Part shown: positions 30,170 through 63,506 of the stretch, piece by piece | Layout of the letters: the number at the start of each line of letters is the position of its first letter | Position numbering within the stretch: position 1 is the stretch's first letter | Source of the DNA: the human T2T-CHM13v2.0 reference genome, Homo sapiens | Length of the DNA stretch: 64,000 nucleotides | Reading direction: 5' to 3' (one strand) | Assembly (NCBI RefSeq): GCF_009914755.1 | Contig: NC_060933.1 | Translations under genes and position numbers: made by a program | Notes under the pieces: generated by a model | What the model was told of the DNA's origin: nothing | The model's database searches: none | Seen by the model: the letters and a program-made list of their open reading frames with translations, nothing else

Positions 30170-30702
30170 CCTGCACACACAGCCCTGCACACATATACAC
30201 TTGCACACTCACACACCCCTGCACTCACACTCCTGACTTCACACTTGCACACACATCTGCACTCACACCTGCACACACCCCTGTACACACACACCCCTGC
30301 ACTCACACACTTGCACATACATCTGCACTCACACCCCTGCATTCACACCCCTGACCTCACATTTGCACACACACCTGCACACACACGTGCACACTCACAC
30401 ACTTGCACATGCACACCCCTGCATTCACATCCCTGCACTCACACATGCTTGCACACACACCCTACACTCACACACACCTGCATACACACACCCCTGCACT
30501 CACACACTTGCATACACACCCCTGCACTCACACACACACCCCTACACTCACACACACCCCTGCACTCACACACACACCCCTGCACTCACACACACCCCTG
30601 CACTCACACACATCTGCACACACACCCCTGCACTCGCTTCACATACCCCTGTACACACATACACTTACACACTCACACGTACCTGCACTCATCCCTGCAC
30701 AC
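30170..30702. repeat. CA-rich compound repeat (CACACCCCTGCACTCA)n
   Basis: Directly visible. Confidence 0.95.
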
Positions 30703-32620
30703 AGATCTCAGGCCAGCACCCAGACACCAGGGAGGTTGGGAAGTAGGGGAAGGTGCCCAGAGGCAGAAATCACAGACCCAGGGCAGCAGCTGGGCCCTGG
30801 AAGGTCCACAGGGAGCGCTAGGACCCCCTAAGGCCCAAGCAAACAGGCAGACTTGAGGTTGACTGTGGCTGCTGTTGAGTGACATCCTGCACCCAGAAGG
30901 AGGAAGAGGGATGGAGGCCAGAAGCTGTCGCGCTGCGCTGAGCCCTGCCCAGCCATGGCCACTTCTGGAACCTGCATGCGGAGCTGAGCCAGTGCAGGGT
31001 GGGGCCTCCCCAGGGCCCCAGGGGGTGTAGGCAGGATGCAGGATGCTGTATCGGTCCCCGGCCCCTTGACTCAAGCATGGCCAGCTCAGCGCTGGAGGGT
31101 GTGTGGGAGCTCAGACTGAGTCAGCCATGGGCGGCAGCTGCTGTGTCTTCCAGGACATAGGGGATGGGCCTGAGGTCTCCTCAGGCCCACCTGAGTCCCT
31201 GTGCCTGTGGCCAGGGGTGGGGAATGAGACTTCATCTTCTAGCCTGGCCATTACCAAGGCTGACCTGGGAGAGCTGCCTCACCCTGGCCTGCTGATGGAA
31301 GCCTCCAGAAAGACCCCACAGATCAGGCCAGGCCCTCCCTAGCCAGGGCTTCGGAGCCACCCTGATGGGCTGGGTGCATTTCCTGTAAACCTAACCGGAC
31401 CCTCAGCCAGGACCTCTGGCTGGGAGCTGACTTCACAGCGAGCTTATGGGGAGCAGGCACTCAACTAAGCTCTTTCCTTTATTACCTGACTCCGTCCTCG
31501 GAGCACCCTGCACAGACCATGGCATCCCTGCCCGCTCTCTATCTTTGGAGATAAAACAGAAGCTCAGTGGGTGGAACTTGGGACTGGCCACATTCCATGG
31601 TTGGAGGGGGCTGGCGGGGCATCACTCGTGCAGCACCAGCCCAGAGTAGCCCCTCAGTGTCCATCTAAGAACCCTGAGGCCAAGCGAGTGGTCACCCTGA
31701 GGCCAGCTGTACTCCCCACACCAGACTCCAGACTCCCTGGAAGCTGGGACCTGCAGCAGTCAGGCAGCCTCTCCTTGGCCCCATGCAGCCCCAGGCAGGA
31801 GGAAGGAGGGCAGGGCGGGGGCGGGGTACAGAGGCAGGTGCCACATTCAAGGGCTGGCAGGCATCTCTGTGCGGCTGCAGCAGGGAGGGAGGGAGTGGGG
31901 AAGGGGTAGACCACAGGGGCTTTGTGGCCTGGAGATCTGCACTTAATCCAGATGGCAAAGGAGGACCCAAAGACGAGCAAGCAGGGAGCACCTGACCCGA
32001 CCCCACGCTGGCCTATGCACACACAGGGGCAGGAGGATGGGGCAGGAGAGAGGCTCATGGCGTGGCCTGGGAGTGGCTCCAGGGTTGGAGAGAGGGGGCT
32101 GGTGGGAGACGTTTGCAGTAAGCAGGAACAAGGGACAGACGCCCCGTGATGAGTGCCTGGCGTGTGCCGAGTGCCATCCCAGAGCTGGTCTGTGTCACCC
32201 CCTCCACCCTCCCCACACCCGGGCAGGCCCCACCGTGAGCATGAGGTGAACAGAGATGTGAGAGTGATCCTGGCATTTGTGGCTCCAGCAGCAGGTGGAC
32301 AAACACACTGGGGGTCAGGGGGCCTGGGGAGGAGGGACTGCAGGCCCGAATGAGCCCACATCCTCCTCTGCCCTCTTCTCAGCCCCCCTCAGGCACAGGC
32401 CTCATCCCAGAATCCAGGACAGGCGTGCAATGCAGTTAAACTGCCCCGACAGCCACTCCACACCCAGTCCAAACAACAGCTTCGCATCACTTTAGACATG
32501 GGGCGGTGCCCAGAGGCGGCGTCATTCCTGGGGTGGGATTGCGGAACTTTTAGGTGGCAGGTGGGTCCGGGCAGCGCAGAGGAGGGAGCTGGCTAGGGAC
32601 GCTCCCCCTTCCCCGGAGCC

Positions 32621-35600
32621 ATGGCCCTGGAGAAAGGCCCGCTCCTGCTGCTGGCCCTTGGCCTGGGCCTGGCGGGTGCCCAGAAGGCTCTGGAAGAGGT
32701 ACCGGTACAGCCGGGCTTCAATGCGCAGAAGGTACGTGTCATGGGTCCAGTCCCCAGACTCAGGCCTGGAACAACGGCTTGAGTGTCACATTGAGGAGGT
32801 GCAGGGGGTGGGGCAGACAGGGGGGTGCCGGGGTTCAGGTCCTGCCTGACCCTGCAGCAGCTCTGGAGGGTGAGCTGCACCTGGGTCCAACCCAGGCGGG
32901 AGCGGGCTCTGTCCTCCCGCGCAGCCAGCACCAGCGGCCACTGATTAACCTCGGGGCCTTTCCCTCTCTCCGGGCTGCGGAAGCTACAGCACAACAGCAG
33001 GTCGCAGGAGAAGGCTGCAGGGCGGCAGCCGGAGAAACAGAGCGCCCAGACACTGGGCCCAGGCAGGGAGCAGGGTCCCAGGGGACCCAGCCGAGCAGGG
33101 GAGGGGTTCACCCTGGGTGACACGAAGAGGCCAACCCTGGATACAGGGAGGGTCCCAGCTCCTCCTCCCTGTGTGGCCCCTGGGGTCCTGGTGCTGCTGG
33201 TGGGAGTGCAGGGATGGAGGGACACCCGGCACAGCACCAGACCCTCCCCTCTGCCCTCCCTGACCAGGGGAACAGAGCTTGGACCAGGCAGAGGCAGGGG
33301 TGCAGGGCTGAGGGAAGTGGGGGCAGCAAGTGGGGAAGGGGACTGGACAGAGACCTGAGACAAGGGGACGGGAGGTGACTCTTCCCAAGAAGTAAGCACA
33401 GCTTATCCTCCACCTGGACCCACAGATGGGCATTTGCCAATAGAGACCAGGAAGGGGGAACGTTTGCCAGTGCAGCCCCCTGGGAGGGGCACGACCACCT
33501 GCTGACCATGCTCAGTGCCGAACCTGGGGCCTGAGAGCCCAGAGGGTGGCCTGCTGGGGCTACACAGCCGGGCACTAGCCAGCCTCTCCTGTCCCGGCCC
33601 ACGCCCCTGCAGGTGGAGGGGGTGCCACACAGCCGGGCACTAGCCGGCCTCTCCCGACCCGGCCCACACCCCTGCATGTGGAGGGAGTGCCACACAGCCG
33701 GGCGCTAGCTGGCCTCCTCTGCCCCGGCCCACACCCCTGCAGGTGGAGGGGCGCTGGCTCACCCTGCAGCTGGCAGCCAACCACGCAGACCTGGTCTCCC
33801 CGGCCGACCCCCTGAGGCTCGCTCTCCACTCCATCCGGACCAGGGACGGCGGGGACGTGGACTTCGTGCTGTTCTGGAAGTAAGCACGGCTCCTGCCGCC
33901 CCTCTCAGGCGCTCATTCTCAGACCTAGGGACCCCCAAGCAACAGTGACAGTGTTCAGAGCCAGAGGAACACATCACACCAAGCTGAGGCCCAAGACCCC
34001 GCTCCAAGAGGGGTAAGCTCAGAAGCTGCCAGAGGCAGGTGGGCAGGAAACACACAGCCCGGCCCCGGAGGCAACGTCCAGTCCCAGCAGACACGCCCAC
34101 TGGGCCACGGGCCTGTGTTCCAGCTGTGAAGGAAGCCCGGGTCTGGAGTTTTAAATGTGCGATCTCCAGTGTTTGAAAGTTGCCTCATTCCCAACATCCC
34201 TCTCCCAAGGACCACAGCCACCCTGGGCCCACACCCCTTCCGGCCCCGATGTAAGCCAGGGAATCCCGAGGACGGCTGCACTGTCAGCAAAAGAAAATCG
34301 GCCCTGGGGACAAGCTACGCTGAGCGCAGTGACACCGACAACAAGCTTCCGTTATTCCGCCTGCACCCACAGCTCCGAAGGCAGTTAGACCCACATCCTA
34401 GCAGACGCTCAGTCGTAGACACACCGCACGGTGGCCTGCAGAGTCCCAGGGGTTGGTGGGCACCCACCCCAAATGAGAAACTGAAGACCCCGGAGCAAGG
34501 GGCATGGGAGTGAGGGGGGCTCTGTCTATGCACGGAGGCAGGAGCATGGGGGCGAGGGGCCTCTGTCTATGCACAGAGCCAGAGCAAGTGGGGACAGGCA
34601 GGACAGTCAGAGTCCCAGTCCCCAAAACCTGGAGCTCAGAGCCAAAGCCAGACTGGGACCAATCTGTTCCAGGAGGCTTGGTGTCATCCCAGAAGTGAGG
34701 AAGACTCCACTTCGTCACTCCAGTCCCATCCCCAGCACCCCCTGGGCATCGCCACCTCCTGGCTGCATGACCCTGGTGCCTGTGCCAGGACGAGGCTGCC
34801 CTTGAGTCTGGGGAGCTGACGCCCCGGGGAGAACAGGAGGGCTCTCAGCTGGTGGCAGCCACAGTGTCCCCTGGTGGAGAGCCCTGAGAGGGCCACCACG
34901 TCCTGGGAAAGGGCAACAGGACACAGTTGGAGGCTGACCAGGCCCTGGTTCCTTTCTCTTTTCCCAGGGGAGAAGGGGTGTGTAAAGAAACAAACATCAC
35001 CGTCCATCCAACCCAGTTGCAAGGCCAGTACCAAGGCTCATGTGAGTGCCCCTGTCCGGGATCTGGGCTGGGCTCTGAGTGGGGAGGGGCGAGCAAGGGA
35101 CGCTCGGATGTCCAGTCCCGGCCGCAACACTCAGAAGGGGTTGTCGGCTTTGGGGGAAGACCGGGTGCTGGAAGGAAGCTGTGCATCCTCTTGGTGGCAT
35201 TGCAATGTCCACAGGGCATGGGGGGGTCCAGGGCCTGGGGGACGGAGGAGAGAGGCATCGTGCATCAGCTGGCCCGGGGTCTCCAACAGTCGAGGGCGGC
35301 AGCATGCACGTATGCTTCGTCAGCACCGACTACAGCAACCTCATTCTTTACGTGCGCTTTGAGGATGATGAGATCACCAACCTGTGGGTGCTGCTGGGTA
35401 AGTGGCCAGCTCTCCCCAGCACTGGCAGGTGCAGTGCCTCAGACCCCAGACATGAGGGCGGAGCTGCTGGACACTCCCGGCTCTGTGCAGAGACTTGCTG
35501 TCCTGTCTGGGAGGGGGCCTTCTGTGCAGGGTGTTCTGAGGGCACAGGCAGCCTTGGGCCGAGACGCAGCTGAGCTCTTCCTCCGACACATGCCCCTCAG

Positions 35601-37333
35601 GGAGGGTGTCCCCACGCAGGACGTGCACTGCGGGCCTGCTACAAGGCGGGCACTGCTCTGGGCGCTGCACTGGGAGCTTGAATTATCAGTGGATAAAACT
35701 GAGAAAACACCTTCCTTGTCTTCCTCCTTATCAAGCAATGTCTCGGGGTCCTGGGGGGCTCCTGAAAGTAAAAGCACCATGAGAGAAGGGCTCGAAGGGC
35801 ACAGGGGACTGAGTGGGGGACATCGAGGGGCTGCAGTGTCCTGAAGACGAGGTGGAGATAGATGGGGCTGGGGGCATTTCAGGGCAGAGGATCAGCCGGA
35901 GCCCGAGCCCAGGATGGGGTGGGGGAGCGGGGCAGCAGCAGCCGAGAGGCCCCAGGGCCAAGAAGGTCGAGGGGTTGGGAGGGGTGGCACCAGGCCGGAA
36001 CTTGGGACTCTCTGGGGGTCTCCACTGAGGCAGGCCAGGCCTGACTTCCTCCTTCCAGGGGCATTTTACCTGCCGTGCTCAGAACAGACCTGTGTTTAGA
36101 GGAGGCAAGGTTGGGGCCGGTGCAATCAGAGCTGGCCGGGCCTGGGAGGTCGCAGAGGGGGTGCTGCCGTGGTCCGAAGAGCCCCCAGACTGTGTCGTGG
36201 CAACTTAGTGGTGGGGTGGCCGATGCCCAGGGCCTCTGCCTCCCCGTTGTTCTCCGCAGAGGAGGAGGAGGACAGAAAAGACAGAGGCTCCAGGCCTCAG
36301 CCCCTCACTGTCAGCCCCTCTGATTCCAGCGAGAAGAATGCTGGAGGACCCCAAATGGCTGGGAAGATACTTGGAGTACGTGGAGAAATTCCACCTGCAG
36401 AAAGCCCCGGTCTTCAACATAGATGGTGAGCACTGTCCCCCAGCCACATCCTGGAGCCGGACGGGAAGAGGGCCTGAGGGTCTGGGGCCTCGTCTTCCCA
36501 GCCAGCACCACTGAGGGTGTAGCCCATCCGCACTCCCCTTACGGCCAGGCCTGTGCCGGCTGCTTCAGGGGCTGCCGGATCTTACCAGCCCCACATGACA
36601 CAGTGATATGGGTCCAATGCCGTCTCCACTCTACAGATGTGGCTCAGAGACGTTCGGTAACAAGGCCAAGTTGCACAGCCAGGAGGAGGAGCTGGAAGGG
36701 ATCCAGATCTCCAGCCTCCTGAGCCAAGTGCCCAGCCAGCCTCTCCCCTCTGCTGCCTCCCAACGCATCATTCAGTCAATCAACAAGCACACGGGCCAGG
36801 CCTGTTCTGGGAGTTTGGGATTCACTTAGAACAAGACAGACACATCATCCAGCCCTAGTGCAGGTTACATTGCAGCAAGCATTGTCATTACCTGATTTGT
36901 TAGAGGCAAGTGCTATGGGGGTGGGAGTGGGGGCTAGAGCAAGGTTTGAGGAGCATGACCGTGCTGTGTGAGCACGGGCCGCCAGGGTGGGTGGCCCTGA
37001 GATGAGGTGAGGGAGGAAGGCTCCCTGGAAGATGGGTCATGCAGCTGGAACAGGAGCCAAGCAGAGGAGGGCAGGGATGAGATCCAAGGCTGAGAGGGGC
37101 AGTGGGTGGGGCCTTGTGGGCCCCCAAGGGGAGTGGGTTTCCACAGAGCACAGGGCCCTGGCAGGACACAGCCAACATGGGGAGGCAGAAGGCCCAGTGA
37201 TGCCAGTGAGGGATGGCTGTTTTGTGCTATGTGATTGATTTACTGATTGATTGATTTCAAAATGAATGAGTGAAGTCCTCAGAATCACCACCTTTTTCTT
37301 TTCTGCTCCACAGGCCCATGTCCCCCACCCTGA
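32621..37333 (+). CDS. Lipocalin locus D: intact 181-aa secreted lipocalin, join(32621-32731,33743-33879,34968-35041,35290-35397,36330-36425,37314-37333)
   Basis: Strong Kozak GGAGCCATGG; all five introns GT-AG with lipocalin phases 0,2,1,1,1; 546-nt open frame. Protein: MALEKGPLLLLALGLGLAGAQKALEEVPVQPGFNAQKVEGRWLTLQLAANHADLVSPADPLRLALHSIRTRDGGDVDFVLFWKGEGVCKETNITVHPTQLQGQYQGSFEGGSMHVCFVSTDYSNLILYVRFEDDEITNLWVLLARRMLEDPKWLGRYLEYVEKFHLQKAPVFNIDGPCPPP*. Has a signal peptide, GxW, TDY, SCR3 Arg and Cys88/Cys178. Confidence 0.92.
33562..33752 (+). repeat. 65-bp tandem repeat x3 spanning the intron1/exon2 junction of locus D
   Basis: Units start at 33562, 33627 and 33692; each ends CCCCTGCA(G/T)GTGGAGGG. 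Confidence 0.95.
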
Positions 37334-37954
37334 GCCTAGGTCTGGCGGTTCTGGAGTCTTCCTGCCTGGGCCCCTCACCCCTCTGCTGCCCTCAGCCTCC
37401 CTTCCACCTCCTTCACCTTGGCTTGTGGCCTGGACTGTCCCCAGGTCCCCCTGGAAGCCCTTTTGCATCTCAGGGACTCAAGGAAGCTCCCCAGCTGAGC
37501 CCAACCCTGCCTCTCTCCTGGTCCCCTCCCCTGCTGGGAAGGCCTCTTCCCTCTGTGCGTCTCCAGGTCCTGCCAACCACCTGCCAACCAACAGCCAAGG
37601 GCCAGCAGTGTGCCCCAGCCTGGCCTGTGGGCCTGGAGCACACCCAGGGTGGTGAGGAGGGGGCACATGGCCCCCTGAGCTCCTGCCCGCAGCGCCAGAG
37701 GCCTCCAAAACTTATACAATGAGTGGAGCACTGTAGTCCCAGGTGCCTCCGATGCACCCCCCTCCCCAGGGCTGCTGGGGTGGCCCTCAAGTGTCCTTCA
37801 GGAACATGACCCCACGGAGGCTGTTCTCAGACTCCAGCTCCCCTCCACTGTGACCCACCTCACCTGGGTCTGCTGGGGACCCTCCAGAGAGGTGGCCTCC
37901 ATGCTCCGTGAGCAAACGCATATGTCCCCACTGAGGTCCAAGAGCCCTAAGTGA

Positions 37955-38911
<957 letters not shown>

Positions 38912-39644
38912 TAAAAAATAGCCTTTTCTGGGGCCCTAAAATGACCGGGATAAATAGCGACGTGAGAGTGCTGTGTCTCTCTCAACATCGTAGAGTTGAT
39001 AACCTCAGCTTCACCCATAGACTTCAGCAATTCAATTACTCTTCCAGTGGGATTTTTCCCCAAACTGCAGATCTGAATCTAAAATTTACATGAAGGAACA
39101 AAAGTTTGGAAACATTTTTAAAAGAAGCGTCATGCAGATGGATCTACCATTCTACCCTAATATAAAACAGCAATGATGAGAAGCATGTGACATTAGCTCG
39201 GGGCAGAACAACAGCAATGAAACTGGGTATCAAGTCAAGGAATGAACCCGAATATATACAACAACTTCATAGACAGTACAAATGGCCTGTCCTAAAAAAG
39301 CATTATTTATTCAATAACTAGTGTTGAGGGAAATGGGCAAGACAGAAAGGGGGAAATAAGATTAGCTATCTCACCCTACACATTACCTTAAAATTCATTC
39401 CTGATCAAGTCTGAATAAAAGGAAACCTTGAAACTTCTATATTTTCTATAACTTGAGGATGGGGTGCCTACACAGACAGTATCAACACCACGGGAAAGGA
39501 TGAGAGCTTTAAACTCGGCTCGTCAAAATCATCATCAACACAATCAAAATGGAAAGAACAATCTGAAATTAACATTTGCAGCAAATGTGACGAAGGGTTC
39601 ATATCACATATGTAAATACATATGTAAATCAAAACTCCTTGAAG

Positions 39645-39750
39645 GGCCGGGCATGGCGGCTCATGCCTGTAATCCCATCGCTGTGGAAAGCTGGGGGCCA
39701 AATGATAGCTTGAGACCAGTCTGGGCAACATAGCAAGACCCTGTCTCTAC

Positions 39751-39782
<32 letters not shown>

Positions 39783-40000
39783 AACAAAAAGCAGCCCCAG
39801 ACAAAAAGAAAATAAAAAGAAAAAAGAAAAAAAAATTAGCTGGGTATTGTGATATGCGCCTATAGACGCAGCTACTTGGGAAGCTAAGGCTGGCAGATCC
39901 CTCGAGCTCAGGACTTTGAGGCTGCAGTGAGCCATGGTATCACACCGCTGCACTCCAACTTGGGCAACAGAGTGAGATCCTGTCTCTAAAAGAAAAAAAA
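39645..40000 (+). mobile_element. AluJ-like with expanded central A tract
   Basis: Two monomers separated by an ~85-nt A-rich stretch. Confidence 0.85.
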
Positions 40001-40869
40001 AGCACTGAGCAAAAGATAGAAAAAAAAGGATATTTGCATAGATCAAAAGGCTGATTAAAAGAAGGTTTGACTTCATAAGTAGTCAAATAAAAAAAAAGAG
40101 AGGTTATTTTTGCTCATCAAATTGGCAAAATTAAACTTCTTTTAGAAATCAATTTAGCACCCACCATGAGGGAGGCACACGCTGGCTGGTGGGGACAGAT
40201 GTTGGCTTTTCCGGATGACCTGGTTTCTAAGTCTCCTAAGCAGGCTTGCCTTGGGACCTGGAAGTTCTCAACATTGGCAAGCTTACCTGTTGTTCTGCCA
40301 TGCAAATCAAGACATTTACAATGCTTTAATATTGATTCCGTAATTTTTAAAGATAAAACTTCAGAAGCCTTCTCAGTAAGTCTTCTAGCCTTATCCATAA
40401 ATTGGCAGGAAAAAAAAAAGTTTTGTTTAGTTCAGTATACCCCCACCCTTTCCAGATCTGGCCCAGGTAATTACTAATACTGTATATATAGGGCTTGTGG
40501 CTAATGTAAGATCTATTTTCATCCTTTTGAAACTTTCATAGATTTTTTTTAAAACTGAGAGCTACTCTGTGAGATGCAAGAATGAGTCTCCGAAAAGATC
40601 ACCTTCTTTTAGTCAAAGGAGATGACAGCAAAAAAGAGGGAGGGTGAGCTAAGCCTTGACAGATAGGTTCTTTAAGATGGTCCCTGGCATGAACTGGGCA
40701 TGAGGGGGAGGCTGGGAGACATGACAAAGGGGACCCTGAGGTGGTAGCCCCAGGTCTAATTCTGAACCCAGGGAGGCTTTTCTCAGCCTCCGTCTTCCAT
40801 CCCAGGAAACGGTGGTCAGCCCTCCTTGCAATCTGGTGTTTGAACTGCTGTTATTTTTGGGACACCTAC

Positions 40870-41230
40870 TGGAATAGTTTGCTCAGGCCACCGTAAAAGA
40901 GTACGACTGACTGGGCTGGGCAGCACCAACAACAGCAACGTGTGTCATCAGAGTCCTGGAGGCTGCAAGTTCCAGATCAAGGTGTTACAGGGTTGGCTCC
41001 CCCTGAGGCCTCAATCCTCAGCTTGCAGACACCTCTTCTCCCTGTGTCCTCACAGTCATCCCTCTGTGTGTCTGTGTCCTCAGCTCTTAATAAGGACACC
41101 AGTCCTGTGGGATTAGGGCCCACCTCAGTGACCTCATTTTACCCTAATGACCTCTTTAACGGCCCTATCTCCAGACACAGTCACATTCTGAGGTACGGAG
41201 TTAGGACCTCAGCATAGTAATGGGGTGGGC
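40870..41230. mobile_element. MLT1-type MaLR LTR
   Basis: TCTTAATAAGGACACCAGTC..GGATTAGGGCCCACC..CCCTATCTCCA..CAGTCACATTCTGAGGTAC. Confidence 0.75.
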
Positions 41231-41544
41231 CGTGACACTTACTAAAGCTGTTGATAGCTGCCACTGCCCACGGACTTAGGAACACTCTCCCTGTGTGACA
41301 CACAAAGCGTCTGGTGGAGATGATGGCTCCCTGACCACCACAGAGCTCAGGTGACCGTCTTCCTTGTCACTTTTAGCACCCTGAACACGCACTCCTAGCA
41401 CACAGACTCAACCTCTGCCAGAGTGTGGGCTGCCAGGGACACAGGTGTTCCAAACTCTTTTCTATCCCTGTCTGCATCTGGCAGAGCACCTTTACCGCTG
41501 AGCTCAGTAAATATCTTTTTTAAAAAAATAAAATACCTACAGAT

Positions 41545-41843
<299 letters not shown>

Positions 41844-42480
41844 AATATCTATAGCTTTTTAACAAAAGGAACTGAATATCTCACTTTGAAACCGTAATAG
41901 TAAGACGTGGCTTTGGCTGGATTCCTCTAGCTCACCTGTGTCGAATCACACACCGAACAGACTGAGACAATAGGCGAGGTCGACCACAAGCCACACATAT
42001 CCCAGTGTGGAAAAACACAGTGACTACTCAGTGAGTGGCCTGGCATTTATTTTTTCCTTTGCGTGAACTACTTTTCCATTTTATGAATGTTTTTTCTCAA
42101 CTAGAGTCTTTCTCCATTAAAAATATTCATTCTATGTCAAATGTATTTTCACATTGTCTACAATACATAGATAATAACATTACTGCGTATTAACATTAAG
42201 TAATTATCCTTTTATTCTTTATCCTACATTAGCCAAATAAGATGGCTCAAAATGGCAAGAAGAAACATTTATTTGGGAAGGATGTAAATTTGTATGTCTC
42301 TAAAAAATGGAAGGTCTTAAGACTTCCCTCATTTATAAGAAATTGCCGTGATTCATTTATTCGTCATAAACCTCATGGCGTAATTCATAATTTCCTCTGG
42401 GAATCATGTGCGACCTTGACGTATTGGATCTGTGGAGGAGGAGAAAATGCAAGATCCCAGCTGTATGCTGGTGATAACAG

Positions 42481-61555
<19,075 letters not shown>

Positions 61556-62012
61556 ACTGAACAGTACAAAGGGTTCTGCAATGCACACCAAGTCTACTTC
61601 TTTGCTGGCCCTGGCTCTCCTCCTCCTCCACCCCAGGAGCACACACTGTAACAGCCCTTGGGTTTTATCCCATAACCCTTCTATGCATGTAGAGACACAC
61701 AGAGTTTTGTCTATAGTTCTCTTTTGGATACAAGTGGTGATGTGCTACACTCTTCAGCACTCTGAATTTCTCTCTCAGTATATTTTGAAGATCATTCCAT
61801 TACATCTCATTCAAATTGAACTCATTATTTACAGCTGCACTGTATTCCATTATATGAGTATACCATAAGTTATGTAACCAGTCTCTTATTGACAGACATT
61901 CTGATGGTTCCGTCTTTGCTGTTACAAGAAATGCCACCACAACAATCCTGGGACATGCTCTGCGACCACATGCTGGCTGACACTGACTTGATCCCCAGAA
62001 ATGTATTTGCTG

Positions 62013-62771
62013 GTGTGGATGAAAAGAGTCAAACTGTAAAATATTTGAAGAGATTTATTCTGAGCCAAATATGAGTGACCATGGCCTATGACACAGCCCT
62101 CAGGAGGTCCTGAGAACATGTCCCCAAGGTGGTCGGGGTAGAGCTTGGTTTTATATATTTTAGGAAGGCATGAGATGTCAATTAAATACATTTAAGAAAT
62201 ACATTGGTTTGGTTCAGAAAGGTGGGACAACTCATAGCAGGGATTTCCAGGCTATAGGCAAATTTAAACATTTTCTGGTTGAAAATTGGTTGAGGTTATC
62301 TGAAGACCTGGGATTAATGGAAAGGATGTTCAGGTCAAGACAAAGGATTGTGGGGACCAAGTTTTATTGTGCAGAGGAATCTCTCAGGTAGCAGACTTCA
62401 GAGAGAGAGCAGGTTGTAAAATGTTTCTTATGGGACCTAAAAGGGAGCCTGGCTCTTAGTTGATTATCTCCTGGATCTGGAAAGGAAGGAAGGAAAACAA
62501 AGGGGGAAGCAGATTCTTTATATGATATGGATTTTTCCCACAAGAGATTTTGCAGGGCAATTTCAAGGCATGGCAAGGAAATATATTTTGAGGTTAAATA
62601 TTTTTTTCCTTGGCTCATGATATTATGCCAGAGTCAGATTGAAAAGCAAGTCACAATATACAGGGTCAAATAAAACCCATCTGATGAGAATCCATGATCT
62701 GTAGGGCATGACTCCCCAGATCCCTTAGGTAGGAATTTGGGCAGGATAAAAATTCAGAGGTTAGTTCTCAC
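62013..62771 (-). mobile_element. MER4-family ERV1 solo LTR
   Basis: AAGAGATTTATTCTGAGCCAAATATGAGTGACCATGGCC..TGACACAGCCCTCAGGAGGTCCTGAGAACATG. Confidence 0.8.
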
Positions 62772-62940
62772 TAGGTTGAAGCTTCTGCCCATTTAGAATT
62801 TAAGCAGCTATTGTCAAGGTGCTTTCCACAGAGGTGGGACTGGTTCTACTGCACCATCAATGGATGGAAGCGCGCTTCCCTATGTCCCCAGCAACACAGA
62901 TGCTGTGAACACGGTGCGCACTTGGCAATCTGCTGGTGTG

Positions 62941-63506
62941 TGTCAGATACAGTAAGTTCCTCTTCAAAGGTTTAATTTCTGACTTCCTTGTTCTCAAGAT
63001 CAACTTCCTTGTCCCTTCTCCTAAGCTACTTGCTCTGTAAACTTCTCCCACCAGTCCCAATCTGTAACTCACATCTCTTCCTTATTTGGAAAGAGTCCTC
63101 TTTTACTCCTGGCTACCCATTCTGTAAACTGCCCCTCCCACCAAAACAGTTCTTCCAGCCGAAACTACCCTGCCTGCCTTTGCCGCACTCTGACATGCCC
63201 AAACATGCCTTGTACCATAACAGACAGCCTCTCCCTTCCTGCCTAATTAGCCGTATTCAGTTTTAAACAGTAGCAAATCAGGTCAGTTTAGATTGTGCAG
63301 TCCGACTCCAGCCAATGGAGACAGGACACAGAAGCAGAGACTAACCACGTTAGGGATAAAAACTCTTTCCCTCCTTTGTTCAGTGTGCTCTTCTCAGTGG
63401 CCAGAAGCACAAGCAGCACCCTTCTGCAGAAGTAAGTTTGCCTTGCTGAGAAATCCTTTGTTCCAGTGCTCATTTTCCTTGTGACTCTGAGCTCTTATTT
63501 CTAACA
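62941..63506 (+). mobile_element. ERV1 solo LTR (LTR10-like)
   Basis: TGTCAGATACAGTAAGTTCCTCTTCAAAGG...CCAAT...GGGATAAAAA...TTATTTCTAACA. Confidence 0.7.

Noticed and set aside
29726-30856. 376-aa His/Thr-rich ORF
   Set aside because: Generated largely by the CA-rich simple repeat
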